In this document: piece after piece, positions 50,600 to 63,029 of the stretch
Layout: every line of letters starts with the position of its first letter
How positions within the stretch are numbered: the stretch's first letter is position 1
Program-made: the position numbers and the translations under genes
From: Vicugna vicugna
Taxonomy: Eukaryota
Assembly: GCA_013265495.1 (NCBI GenBank)
Contig: MU058009.1
Location: forward strand, 3,677,780-3,741,779
Reading direction: 5' to 3'
Length of the DNA stretch: 64,000 nucleotides
Notes under the pieces: model-generated
What the model saw: only the letters and a program-made list of their open reading frames with translations
Database searches by the model: none
Told to the model about the DNA's origin: nothing

Positions 50600-51240
50600 C
50601 AAGGGGGACTGCAAACTGAGGCAGGCACTTTGGAAAACAGGCTGCCTTTATCTACCAGAGCCCTGCACGCCGTATGACCCGGAAATCACACTCCTCGGTA
50701 TGAGAAACGTGCACACACGTGCGCCAGGGACCGTGTGCAGCAGCGCTCCTGCCGGCGCTGTTCAGGGCGGCCTCGGGATGGAGGCCGAGCACGGTGGCGG
50801 GTAGAGTGAAGACCCTCCGTTCCCTGGGATGCCAGGCAGCACGGAAAAGTGATCGGTTCCAACCACACGTGACAAGGCGACTCGCACACGTCACACTGCA
50901 CTGCAGTAGCTGGACGCAGATCACCCCCCGGGGGACATTCCAGAACAGACACAATGAGACCCCTGTGTTAAAGGCGGCAGACCTCCGTGGTAAAACTAGC
51001 AAAACAAACAACACAAACAAAAAAACCCCAAGGAAGTGGCCACAATGTGGTTTGGGAGGGGGCCAAGCTCGGTGAGAGAGAGGAGCGTGCAATGGGGGAG
51101 GGGCGCCCGCGTTCTGGGCGCCACCTGGGTGGCGGGGACAAGGGCTTCAGTTGACGAGAGTCCGTCAAGTTGCACAGGTGTGTTTCACGCATCTTTTGTA
51201 TTTTATATTCTACAATTAAAAACTACTTTAAAAAATATCT
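50600..51240 (+). mobile_element. Ancient L1 (L1ME-like) 3' fragment, unusually GC/CpG-rich
   Basis: CACTTTGGAAAACAG...TATGACCCGGAAATCACACTCCTCGGTAT...TTTTGTATTTTATATTCTACAATTAAAA follow the L1M 3' layout. Confidence 0.65.
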
Positions 51241-51619
51241 AAACGCGAGCAGAGACCAAGTCTCCGCTCCTGAGTGCTGGGTGAACCTACGGCGGCCCCC
51301 GACCGCGCCACCGCAGTCCCGGTGACCCTCAGCTCCAAGGGCAGCAATTCAGCTCGTCGCTCTGGCCTCCAGTTCTGCTCCTTCTTCTGTGCCTCCTGAT
51401 TTTACGCATCACAGCGCCGTCTTATTCTAGAAAGCTGGGGGCCCTCCTCTCCTCCCATATGTTCGTGTCCAGTTACTTCCTAAACCCAATTTATTATTAT
51501 TATTATTAATTTTATTATTTTAATTTCCATTCTGTATTTCACTTACATTATATATTTACTTACGATTATTTATTATTATTATGAAGTCCTACACAGTTAA
51601 GATCGCCACGCCCCCATCA

Positions 51620-52135
51620 CAGCCTTCGCCAGAACTGCACAGCCCCTGACCGTATGGTACTAACACTGCCGCGCGTTTTGTTTCTCTTCTCCTGCCATTG
51701 CTTCCGTTGGCTTCCCTGACCCCAGAGAGATCTTCCTCAAACGCGGGTCTTGTTAGGTTGGATCGTCATGGGAAGGTCCACCATTTCTCCACCATCTGTA
51801 AAATCGAGTTCTGACCTCCCTGTAAGACACACGTTTATCTAAAACCTGGCACCCGCGTCTCGGTGTTCACTCCCATTTCTGGCGAGCTTGACCGCTCGCT
51901 CTTTTCCTTCCTCTTCACCACGTGCCCGCTGTGTTCTCTGCTGCCAGTGGCGTCATTCCTTTTTTTTTTTTGCCCCGTCGGTCCCACTCCTTGATTAATT
52001 ATTCAAAGTCCAAGTCAAATGGTACCTCCTCTACGGCTCTTCTCTCCCTTCCGTTAAATCCTGTAAGGGTTAGCCTTTCCTTCTTTTAGCTGCTCTGGTA
52101 GCTTGGGCTGTGTGATTTTGCTACTAAACGTGCTC
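51620..52135 (+). mobile_element. L2 LINE remnant
   Basis: CCAGAGAGATCTTCCTCAAAC...TTCAAAGTCCAAGTCAAATGGTACCTCCTCT pattern. Confidence 0.45.
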
Positions 52136-54229
52136 TCAGGACATTACATGTTGGCGTAATGTCAGATCACGGGGACCTCTGAACAGCTTTGTTGTATCTG
52201 TGTCCATAGTTCTTAGGACAACGCTCGGAGTTGCTGAATGAGTGAGTGAACAGTAAATGGCTTGCAGGGTGACCTTGTGACCGTCTGAGGCTGAAGGCAC
52301 CACCTGTAGGAGACAAGTCCCTCTGGTATTTGGTGGCACAGCCCTCGTGGACCCAATGCAAGATTCATCACTTACGGCTTTTGGCAGGGAAGATCAAGAT
52401 TTCAAGGTTGTAACAACTTAAAAACAAGTATTATTGCAAATTCTTTCTTTATACGGCATATCAAGTTTACTTAGGGCACCATCAAACACGCACACATGTG
52501 CGTGCACGCGTACAAACACACACACTCATCTCATCATCTGCGGGGGGTAACTCGTGCGTACAAAGGCAGATGGGATATACGTCTTGACGCCCTCTTCTGC
52601 TGCTTCCCCCTGGCTTGTCCATCGCTTGGGACTCTGCTGCTTTAGCTAGTTCACAGGTGAGAAGCAACACCGTCTCCAGGAATACGTTTTCTATTAACAC
52701 TGCTTGGCTGTATACCAAGAGCATTGACGTTTCAGAAATTTTTTTTAAATCACGTGGGCTTGTTTTCCCCTTATTTCTTGAAGAAACCCAACGTCTGCTT
52801 GGATGTGCTTTGCTCCTCCTTCTGAAGGGACCCCGCCTCCCACCTCTCCTCCTGCTCGGGGAGTAGAGCTGTTGAAGGTGTGACTTCAGCCCCAGCTGCT
52901 CTTTCAAATTCAACCGCCCGGGGTATCTGGGTGACCAGCTTAGCAAGACATAAGAACCCAGCTCTGTTGCATTTTCTAAGTCACCAAAATGTGTTTAACC
53001 CAGTTAAGTCCACACGTTCTGAATATAAGATAAATACAAACATTTTCCCCAACCTGTGGTCAAAGTCAAGTTTATGCCCTGTGCCATTTTGTTTGGTTCC
53101 TTCTTGGTTGGTTCTCTGGGGAAAGACGGGATAAACTGAGGAGGATCCAATTAGAAAAGGTGGTCTCTTGGTCTTTATGAGTAAATCTATGTGGGAGATA
53201 GTCTTCTAAGGGTGAAAACCTTTGAGACCTGTTGACAGCTCCCAAGTCATTTCTTGGTGATGATGGGGATTATAGAGCGGTGCCCCCAGCACAGGAGAAT
53301 TAACGAACGGTCCTGAACTGCCTGCATGTCCCTAAAGCTTGCAGCCAGTGGAAACCCAGCTGCAGGTAGATTAGGAAGGAACGAAGCAAGGAGCCGGGCA
53401 GGTACATTTCCCAGGGGCTCTTTCCTCGCTTTCTTTAGTTCTTCCCAGCCCAGAGGTCAGCCCTGCTTTTCAGATGGTGTCCGGGGAGAGGAACGGTTCC
53501 AGCACTGCCCCAGGGGGCGAACGTCCCTGCTGCCACCTTCTCTTTCCTTCCTTAGGAAGGTGACAACCCCATGGGGCACAGAACGCAATTTCTCCTCCAG
53601 CATCTGTTCCTCAGAGCAGCCACTACCCTGAGGGGATGGACTTAGTAGAACATTTTTAAATGCCAAGCAGTGACAAAGCAGTGTGAGCCCCCAGCCCCAG
53701 GCCCCTGGGTAGCGATAAGGAAGAATGACATACAGCAGAGGGGCAAGGCCCTGCCCCTCCGGCCTCTGGGGGAATAAAGTCCAAGGAAAGCCTCCTGCTC
53801 TCCTCCTGCCAGGAAATGATGGTTTAGCATTCTGTGGGTGGGCAGTCTGTGTTGTAAGAGCTTCGTGGTGGGGAAAACGTTCTGGGGGCTGAAGGCAACA
53901 AGCAAACAGAGGGAGACTTGGGAACAGGAGTGGAAGCCAACGCAAGTGGGAGATGAAAAACCCAGGTGCCTCCGATGTCAGCCTCCCATCGATGTCCTTC
54001 CCTCACCCTGCCGGTCACCTTCCCACATCCACAGTCAAGCCAGCAAGATACACAGAAGTCGCCACCACCTCCCCACCCCACCGCCAGAGTGAGCCAGGTG
54101 GAAAACGGTCGATCACTGTAAATTTGGAAAAACAACCTGTGATGCATAGACGATGTTAAAAGCAGAGTATTAGCACTCAAGGCTTCAGACCTCACTCCTA
54201 CTGAAAATGGAGTTTAATCACAGATAATC

Positions 54230-54420
54230 AGAGTATCTGGGTCAAAAGCCCAGATCTGCCACTTACACGGTGTGGCTCCGCGGGGAAGTGACTTTGCCTC
54301 TCAGCCTCCTCCTCTGTGAAAAAGCCTAGAAAAGCTGCACCTGTCTCAGGGAATTTTGAGGGTTTAGTGAACAACATCTGTCTGTCTTAGAAGGCCGTGC
54401 TGTAGATGTTAGTGATGGTT
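54230..54420 (+). mobile_element. MIR SINE
   Basis: CTGGGTCAAAAGCCCAGATCTGCCACTTAC...AAGTGACTTTGCCTCTCAGCCTCCTCCTCTGTGAAA. Confidence 0.65.
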
Positions 54421-54605
54421 GTCACTTCTTTTTACACCCTCCTGGGGCAGAGAGCTCACGCCAGGATGCCCGACAGCCTGTCCTGGTGGCCATGTTTGTG
54501 CGCTCGTGTGACTCCAAAGCGGAGGGAGGGTCCAGGTGATTTGTTACTTAGGTTTTAAAAATCAGTGCATCGTGACAGGCAGAGGCAGCTCATTCTAGTG
54601 TTTTG

Positions 54606-55250
54606 TTTCTTTTTTTCCTCCATTTTTTCTATTGAAGCACAGTCAGTTTACGATGCTGTGTCAATGTCTGGCGCACAGCGGGATGCTTCAGTCACGCATA
54701 CGCACACATACATTCCTTTTCACACTCTTTTTGTTTTCAGTTACTACAACGTGTTGAATGTAGTTCCCTGTGCTCTACAGTAGAAACTTTTTCATCGATT
54801 TTATATATAGTAGTTAGTATCTGTAAATCTTGAACTCCCAACTTATCCCTTCCCACCCCTTCCCCCTCTGGTAACCATAAGTTTGTTTTCTATGTCTGTG
54901 AGTCGGTTTCTACTTTGTAAATATATTCATTTGTGTCTTTTTTTTTAGGTTCCACATATAAGGGATATACGGTATTTTTTTTCTCTGTCTGGCTTACTTC
55001 ACTTAGAATGATGTTCTGTGGGTCCATCCATGTTGCTGCAAATGGCATTATTTCATTCTTTTTTGTGGCTGAGTAGTATTCCCTTGTATAAATATACCAC
55101 AGCTTCTTTACGCAGTCCTCTGTCTCTGGACATTTAGGTTGTTTCCATGTCTTGGCTGTTACAAATAGTGCTGCTGTGAACAGTTGGGTGCATGTATCTT
55201 TTTGAATTAGAGTTCTCTCCAATATATGCGTAGGAGTGGGATTGCTGGGT
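54606..55250 (-). mobile_element. Young 5'-truncated L1 (camelid-type 3' end) with perfect TSD
   Basis: TSD (T)CATTCTAGTGTTTTG at 54590-54605 and 55250-55265. ORF 54890-55222 encodes L1 ORF2p C-terminal motifs (AALFVTAKTWKQPKCP...YYSATKKNEIMPFAATWMD). T-rich tail on the left. Confidence 0.92.
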
Positions 55251-55338
55251 CATTCTAGTGTTTTGAAGCAAATATTTCTTTTGGTTTTTTTGTGGGTTCC
55301 CCCGGAAGGGAAGCAGGGGACGGTTGGAGCTCTCAGGC

Positions 55339-55358
55339 TGTGTGTGTGTGTGTGCGTG
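55339..55358. repeat. (TG)n microsatellite
   Basis: Directly visible. Confidence 0.8.
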
Positions 55359-57291
55359 TCGGTGGCAGGGGGGGGCAGTACATGCTGGTCCAGGTGGAGG
55401 GCAAGGTGAGGGTGGGCTGGGATGCTCTGAGCTTCAGGGAAGGCTTCAGAGGACAGTAGAGTCTGGCCCCAGAAGCTGCAGTGATGACCACTCTTCCTGA
55501 AGCAAATATGTAGATGAATCTTCTCTCTCCAGCTGAGCCGCTGACCTTGGGGTGGAAGGAGGAAGCTGGGTTAATAGTACGTAGGTGACCGCTGCACAGG
55601 CCTTTGTGGCTGAGGCATGGGTTGTTCTGGGAAGGGTGAGTCGGCTCAGAGGACAGAAAAGGGAGGTGGGGTTCAGAGAGCCCTGGCCATCACCTCCATC
55701 CCAGCACAGACTCCTGGCCCAATAAGAGCCACCTCGCCTCCTGGGGCTTCAAGCGCGTCCTTTGAAAACACAGTGGAGACTCAAATCACCTTTTACAGAC
55801 AGAGAGATTTCCCTTCTTCTGTCATCACGACTGAATCACAGCATCGTGCTCGTCCAATGCTTGAATGTTTATAAGCCCTCTTCCTTCAGGAAGCCTAGGC
55901 TCCCTGACTTCAAGCCGGTAGGAGATTTACGTTGCTTCACTCTACTTCTCCTTGGAAGGCACCTTTCACAGTGAAGCTGACTGTGGTTCCTCAGCTTTGT
56001 CATGAGGCGCATGGATGCGTGTGGGTCTTGGCTTTGGACCATCTCCTCCCGGAATGTAGGGGGTTCTGTGGGTGGTCCAACTGTGATTCATTAGTTGCTT
56101 CTTGGGGCATCTTGATGAGGGGGCAAGAGTGGTACAGGGCAGGGCAGTGACGTGGGAGGTGGGAGGTGGGAGAGAGGGCTGGGGGCAGCCAGTGCTTGCC
56201 TGTCAAGCCTGTGTCTCTGAGCCAACGGCAAACGTCAGCGTAGATGAGCAAATCAGAAGAGCTGAGCCCCAGGGCCCAGCACGTAACTCACTTTGCGGCA
56301 TGCAGCTTGGCTCTGGGGGCTGGCGCCACTGCTGCTACCCGGAGATTCTGCCTCCAGGCCACTGAAAAGAAAAAGTCACCCACCAGGGAAGCCCCATCCC
56401 CTCCTGCCTTGCCCTGACGTGCTCCGTTCAGTGCTGACATCCAAACACAGACCACCGTAAAGAACAGGACCAGAGGTTCTTTATACTTGGAGATTTTTCC
56501 TTTCTGAGTCCAACCACCTGGAAACAGAAACCATCACTTCCAGGATGGGCTGGACTGGAGCTTGCCCTCTTTTGTGTGGTTAGGCCCTCTGTTTGTGCCT
56601 CGGGAGCAGCCGAGTGCCCTGTGGTCCTCTCCGGGGCTTCCCCACCTGGCCCCGGACTCTGCAGAGCTGCCCTGAGAGATGGCAGACCCACTCTGGTGGG
56701 CTTAAGACTCAGGGGCCGGGAGCATCATTAACTGTCCCACAGCTGATGATCATTCAGACTGTCAGGAAATCAAAGGACAAGTCTGTTCCCTAACCCTCAG
56801 AGTTTTATGTAAAAATGCTACTGATTTTTATATAAAAATGCGACTTATTCCCAAAGCCTCAGCTGCCTCTTTCCTTTTGCCTGGAGCTACCTGTGTGCTT
56901 GTTCTCACGTTGTCAGGATTGCCTCCCTTCTTGTGTATATTCCCATCCTGTTACTAACACAGTTCCAAGGAGATCCCTTGAGATTTTTAGAATATCCTTT
57001 GCTAATGGGGTTGGCGATATTCTAATAATCCGAGCAGTTCCTTCCTCAGCCTGACGGCTGGGAATTGGAATGTTAGCCAAGCACCGTCAGGATGGCTGGA
57101 CATGATGCTCCTGCCTTCAGGAGGACAGTGGTCCACCTGCGGGGAAGGGATGCTGTCCGCTCCCCTCCTGGGATTCCCATAACTGGCTGTGCGGCACTGA
57201 CGAGAACGTCAGCCTGAAGGAGAGAGAATTCAGGTTTCTGGTTTCTGATGAATCATTACTTGTATATGACTCACGCTGATTTCAGAAAATG

Positions 57292-57415
57292 AAAAAAAAG
57301 AAAGAGAGAGAGAGAAAAAAAGGAGGAGGAGGAGAGGGAGAAGGGGAGGGAGGAGGAGGTAGCAGGGACGAGGAGGTGGGGGGACGAAGAAGAGGAAGAA
57401 GAAAGAAACCAAAAA
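57292..57415. repeat. Purine-rich (GA/GGA/GAA) low-complexity tract
   Basis: About 120 nt that is almost entirely A/G. Confidence 0.85.
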
Positions 57416-57651
57416 GATGGATAAACAAGTGTAGCAAACCTGGATGATTGTTCAATCTGTTGGATGTGTGGGTTTGTTTTGTCATTTTCTGTTAATGTTT
57501 GAACATCTTAATAAAAAATAAGCCCAAAATATAACTGAAGGGATAATTATGAAGTATATACTAAGACAAAAATGAAGATTGTTTTTGTTCTTATTTCACC
57601 TAACCAGCACTTCTTCTGGTTGACTTGGATTTCTCTTGATAAGCCAACCTC

Positions 57652-58233
57652 TGTGTGTGTGTGTGTTTATTGTATTTATTTATTTGTTTGTTTATTTATT
57701 GAAGTACAGTCAGTTACAGTGTGTCAATTTCTGGTGCAGAGCGTAATGTCCCAGTCTGCATAAATATGCATGTATTTGTTTTCATACTCTTTTTCATTAA
57801 AGGTTGTTACAAGATACTGAATATAGCTCTCTGTGCTACACAGAAGAAATTTGTTTATCTATTTTTATAAATAGTGATTAACATTTGCAAATCTCAAGCT
57901 CCCCAGTTTATCCCTTCCCATCCCTTTTCCCCTAGTAACTGTGAGATTATTTACTATGTCTACTATGTCTGCAACCATAAGATTATTTACGAAGTCTGTT
58001 TCTGCTTTTTAATTGAGTTCATTAATGTCCTCTTTTTGCTTCTTTTTTTTTTTAGATTCCACCTCTGAGTGATATCATATGGTATTTTTCTTTCTTTTTC
58101 TGGCTTACTTCACTTAGAATGACCATCTCCAGGTCCATCCATGTTGCTGCAAATGGCATTATTTTAGTCTTTTTTGTGGCTGAGTAGTATTCCATTGTAC
58201 AGATATACCACAGCTTCTTTACCCAGTCCTCTG
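57652..58233 (-). mobile_element. 5'-truncated L1 (camelid-type 3' end), tail converted to microsatellite
   Basis: TSD AGCCAACCTC (57642-57651) / AGCCAACTTC (58234-58243). ORF 58052-58246 has ORF2p motifs (KKLWYICTMEYYSATKKTKIMPFAATWMDLE). The 3' end ATTGAAGTACAGTCAGTTAC is shared with 54606-55250. Confidence 0.9.
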
Positions 58234-58616
58234 AGCCAACTTCCATTTTGGTACACTTTCAGACTTGTATCCAAAGGCCTGATCTAAAACTTTTCTTCTT
58301 AAGTGAAACATGTCACTACTACAAGCAATATTCCTCATGTTACACCAAAAAGGCTGGCAGCTGCTCCCGGTGTCTCGGCGTGGGGCTCCGTCACAGCTCT
58401 CTGTAAAGCAACACTGACTTTCTTTTTTCCCTGCGAGGTCACTGCTTTGCTTCTCTTCCTTGTTCTTATCCTTCTCCTTGACATCTGTGGGACGAGCATG
58501 GTATGTCTGCTTCACAGTCTCTCTACAGTCCTGACCCTCAAGACTCTGTGTTCAAAAACCAGGGGTAAAATGTGTAAAATAATGTCTTAGTTTCCAAGGC
58601 CATTATAAATGAGATC

Positions 58617-59015
58617 TGTGTTAGTCAAGAAAACAAATGCTTTCCCAAGGCAACCCCAAATACAGCAGCTTAATCAAGGTAGAAGTGCATTTCTCTTTCT
58701 AGGAAGTTGATGGCCTTGGCCTGGTGGGGTGGTCCTGATAGCCACAGCTCTTACCGCCAACTTCAAAGTGGCTGTTTCAGCACTTGCCATCCCATCTGTA
58801 ACCCAAACAGCAGAGAGGAGTAAGGAAACAAGGGAATCACACATTCATTCCTTCTAAAAGCATGGCCTGAAAGTGGTTCACATCACTTCTGCTCTCATCC
58901 CATTGCTCAGAACAGTGTCACATGCAGATGTGACTCTAAGAGTGGTTGGAAAATGTTGACTAGCTATTAAAACAGGAAAAGAAAATATTGGTGAAAACTA
59001 GAATTTTCTGCTGCA
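58617..59015. mobile_element. Old MLT1 (J/K-like) MaLR LTR
   Basis: TGTGTTAGTCAAG...AACCCCAAATACAGCAGCTTAA...CATCACTTCTGCTCTCATCCCATTGCTCAGAAC...GTGGTTGGAAAATGT. Confidence 0.6.
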
Positions 59016-62000
59016 GCCAGCAAGTGGCGTGACCCACCAGGGCTCAGGTTCAGGTGTTCTGACTCTGTGTATGGTGCTATTTAAGACATAAAACATCAAG
59101 TTAAAAGTGATCTGCCCACCCCCAGCCCCGCGCCGGCAAAAAAAAAGGATGAGCACAGTTGTTACGCTGCGTGGATTTAAGGGCCCTTGCAGGTAAAAGT
59201 CTCGGGTGAATCCTGTGACTCAGCTGGTCCTTGCAAATCTTGGACAGAGGTGACTTTGCTACGCTGGCACACTTTTTGCTTGGTCTTGTCTTTCACGGGA
59301 GACTAGGGAGTTTTCCAGGTTCCTACGTGGAAAGCCCTGGCTTTTCCTCACTTAGGAATTACAGTGACAGCCGCAACTAACATAGATCCTCGTAGTTGCA
59401 AAAACAGTCGCAGAAATTTTCATTCAAAAATCCATTATACAGGGTCAGGGCCAGAATATATGTTCCAACATGCCATAAATTCTCTGGTAATCATAGAGTA
59501 TTTTTTAAAAAATCAATACTGTGGAGTCAGCCTGTGGTATAACGTCCAAGGAAGGGAACCTTCTGCTGAATTTATTTTCCATTAAATTTTTGTTCCTTGG
59601 ATGCCCTGTCTTCCAGAAGAAGTTACCATCTTCTTGCCCTCTTCATTATTCTGCTGGCCCCTCCCTTCCCCCTTTCCTCAAGTCGCATCTTTTGAATATG
59701 TAAAGCTATATTCAACACTTAATGTATTCTTCCCGAAGAACCTTTAAGGCCATCTTCATAAGCACAACCATTTCTTACTTAATAAACAATCACTGTCTCA
59801 TTAAATGTAAATGAGTTCTTTATCCCGGGCTGTGTTTGTTGAATCTCTTACTTACTGTGTTTACCAATTTTGTTTCCTTTGGCTGGAAAGCTTTCTGTAA
59901 ACTACTCACAAATATAAAGTTGAAATGAAGGCACTTTCTCTATGTTTAAGCACCTGCGTTAGGCAGCTTGAACGGCCCTGTCCTGGAAGTCTGCGGTCTT
60001 CCCCGTGCCCCCCTGTGCTGATGGTCCCGTCCACTGGTCCCCTGGAAATGGCTTCGGGCAATCCCACCCCAGCCCTTTGTCTCCCAGGAATGTCGATGTC
60101 CACCTTCCTGGGTCTGTGTGTGGAGTCAGAGGACTTGCTGCAGGTGGGAAATGGGCAATCATTGAAAAGCACTTTTAGCGGGTGCAAAATGAGTTCTCTG
60201 TAGCAGCAGCACCATTTGGTGCTTTGATTCGCTCTGTCCTAACGTGTCCAAGTTTCCTGGCTTGTAGGGCACAGTGCAAGGCCCATCTGTTCCAGCAGGC
60301 TATCCCTGATTAGATGGGCTGCTTGGCAAACAAGAGTCTCAGATAATGGATATTTGAATATTTTTGTAATTTCCATGCTTGCGCCTAACAGCTTAGCAGT
60401 TGGCCCTGTGTTTAAAGAAAATGGGTAATAATCATGAGTAATGTAGCAATTTCCATTCAGAAATTTCAAATGGTGCTTAATTAAATCTTCCAATAACATT
60501 TGGAAGCAAAGGTTCACCCTGCCCATGCTGTGTCCACGAAGGAAAAGAGAGGATAATGGATGGGGAATCTTCGGAAACTGGTGGTGGTGAGACCAGCCAG
60601 GCACCAAAGCTGGGACCCCACAGTTAATCACAGCCCCTCCGTGGCTCGCCACAACCCATCCTTTCCGCGGGAATGAGCGATGGCAGCCTGGCTGGGAAAC
60701 AGTCCCACCATGGGCAGGCTCCTTCGCGTGGGCACTTACTTCCTTGGTGTCTATTTCCACGGTGTCTACGAGAATGGATGCCCCACCCCTGACCGGACTG
60801 CCTTGGGGAGTGGTGACACAGCCCCAGAGGGCTGTTCTCCTGACCCTGTCCTGGTGGCGAGAAGACGTGCCACTGTCCAGATCCCAGGGGTGCTGCTGGC
60901 CGGCCAGCTGGGCTCATTCAGAGCTTGTCCTAGATTGCAGAGAATCCCTCATCAAAACCTTCCCACAATGGACGCTTATTTTGGTTTTAAGCACCTGCAC
61001 TCTAACAGCATTCCTTAACCCTTCTCGGCAGTTTTTAGTGTCCAGAACCCTGTTCACAATAACATCGAAGAGTTTTCATATTCGGAGAGGACCTAGAAGT
61101 CTCCCCACCAGACCGCTCATTTTAGAAACGAGACCTTGAGTGTCCCAGCCCCACTCACCCAAAGGCTAAACACTTACCAAAACTCATTTCTGCAGCCTGC
61201 ATCCCCGCTGGGCCAGGGCCCTTGGTCTCCAGACTCCCAGTCCAGCGACTTTTGCTTCAGCATTGCAAATGGATTTTTCCCTCTGTTAACACCTGCATCT
61301 ATTTTTACTCCTTCAGGTCCCACTGGGGGACCAGCAGGAGGAGGAGTGACAGGACCTGCTTGTACCCACTGCCCCGACCACACAACAGCATTGCTCCATC
61401 GCCCCTCCAGTCCCCTCTCCCCATCCCCTGGCCTTCCGTTGGAACCTGGCTTCTTCCCCTCCGTGGGTCTCATCTTCTCAACCTGCAAAATCAGGCAAAT
61501 CGGATTCACCCTTTACCCTCCAGGGGTGTTTGAAGATTGATAACATGCCAAGCAAAAGACTGGACTTATTAGAATTTCACAATATCCCATTTAAACAGAG
61601 AGTAGTCCACTCAGAAAAAAAATTTGGAAATAACGTTCTCTTAATTATTTTTAAAATTCACTTTCCCCCTCCTATTATTATTATTAGTGTGTTTGTTTTT
61701 TAATTTTTGGTTCTGGTTCTACTACAATTTGAAGTCTTTCACAAAGGTCTTGACTGTTCCCAAGAAAGCAGGCCATGCACTGAAGCAGGGCAGAGAGAAG
61801 GATGATTCAGTGAGCCCAGCCTGGGGACCGACAGCCTTGTCACGCTGACTTATGATGGATGGGGGTGAAGTCTATTTCTCATCTGTGGTGGGGGGAGGTG
61901 GGGTGTAAAGAAAGATGCACTGGGAGTCTCTGGGCGATTCATCTTGCAACAGATAAACTCTCAGAAGCCGAAGAGTTTTGAGGGGCAGAGAGAAAGAACA

Positions 62001-62721
62001 GAAGAATCAGATTCATTATGTGAAGTGTAATCTCACGAGGAAATATCCAAATATGTCAGCAACACCCAGGACGGGAGGGTGGGGGAGAGGGTGGGCAGTT
62101 CAGGGATGGCGTTTGTCGGCTGCTAAACCAGGCGTAGAGGCAGAGAGGCGCTGGGCTCTGAGGCTCCGATGGCAAACAGCCTTCCTTCCGGATTCTGGAG
62201 GAGGCCAGGCGAGTGGTGGGGGGGGGGCTTCCTGGAGAAGGAAACTGGGGACTCAGCAGACGCAGGGGACCTCTCCAAAGGCCCCCTTCTTCGTCTGAAA
62301 TTCATCTCGGCGATCCTTTCCTCTGTGCTTCTGGCTTTCAGGCTCTGCCCAGACGTCAAGTATAAATTATCCCCCGAGAAGTGTCCTAGGGTGCTTTCTT
62401 TCCAGAACATTCTGTAATCATGTCTCCCCTGAACACTCCCGGTTCCTTTCCAGATTTTAGCGGAGCACTGCCTCCTCCCAAGCAGCCTGAATCTTGCGAG
62501 TAAAAATACACAGTTCGGGGAGCCTTTCCTGTCACTTGAAACGTGCCTGGTGGGCTGTCACTGTCTTCCTCCTGCACGCACAGGAGGCACGGGGGCTCCT
62601 TCCCCGCACCCCCGCGGACGTGGCCCCGCCAGCACCCCAGGGGGAGGCACTGCGGAGCGCTTCAGCGCCGGGCCCACGGCAGGCTTTGCAATTTCCATCT
62701 CTGTCCCGCTTCTCATTCCCA

Positions 62722-62900
62722 GAGTGACCTTGGGCAAATCCCTTTCACCTCCCTGAGACTCAGTTTCCACATCTGGAAAGCCGAGATAATAGCTACCTGC
62801 CTCCTGGGGGGGATCTGCGAGGCTTAATTAATTAATGTTTGGCAGAGCTTCCGAGACCTTCGCTTGAAAGCAGCCTTATGAGCGCAAATTATTATTATTC
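62722..62900 (+). mobile_element. Ancient CORE-SINE (MIR3/MIR1_Amn-like)
   Basis: GTGACCTTGGGCAAATC...CTCAGTTTCCACATCTGGAAA...GAGGCTTAATTAATTAATGTTTG...GAAAG...ATTATTATT. Confidence 0.65.
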
Positions 62901-63029
62901 TATCACAGAAGCCTTCACTCGTTTTGCTGCTGAGGCTAATGATTATTTCTTTCCTGAAGGAAAAAAAAATATTAATTTTAACTCCGAGTAATTTATCAGG
63001 TAGTGGAGAAAAACGTATCCTTTGGCAAG

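Noticed and set aside
54890..55222. ORF with genuine protein similarity
   Set aside because: It is an L1 ORF2p C-terminal remnant of a 5'-truncated element, not a host gene.
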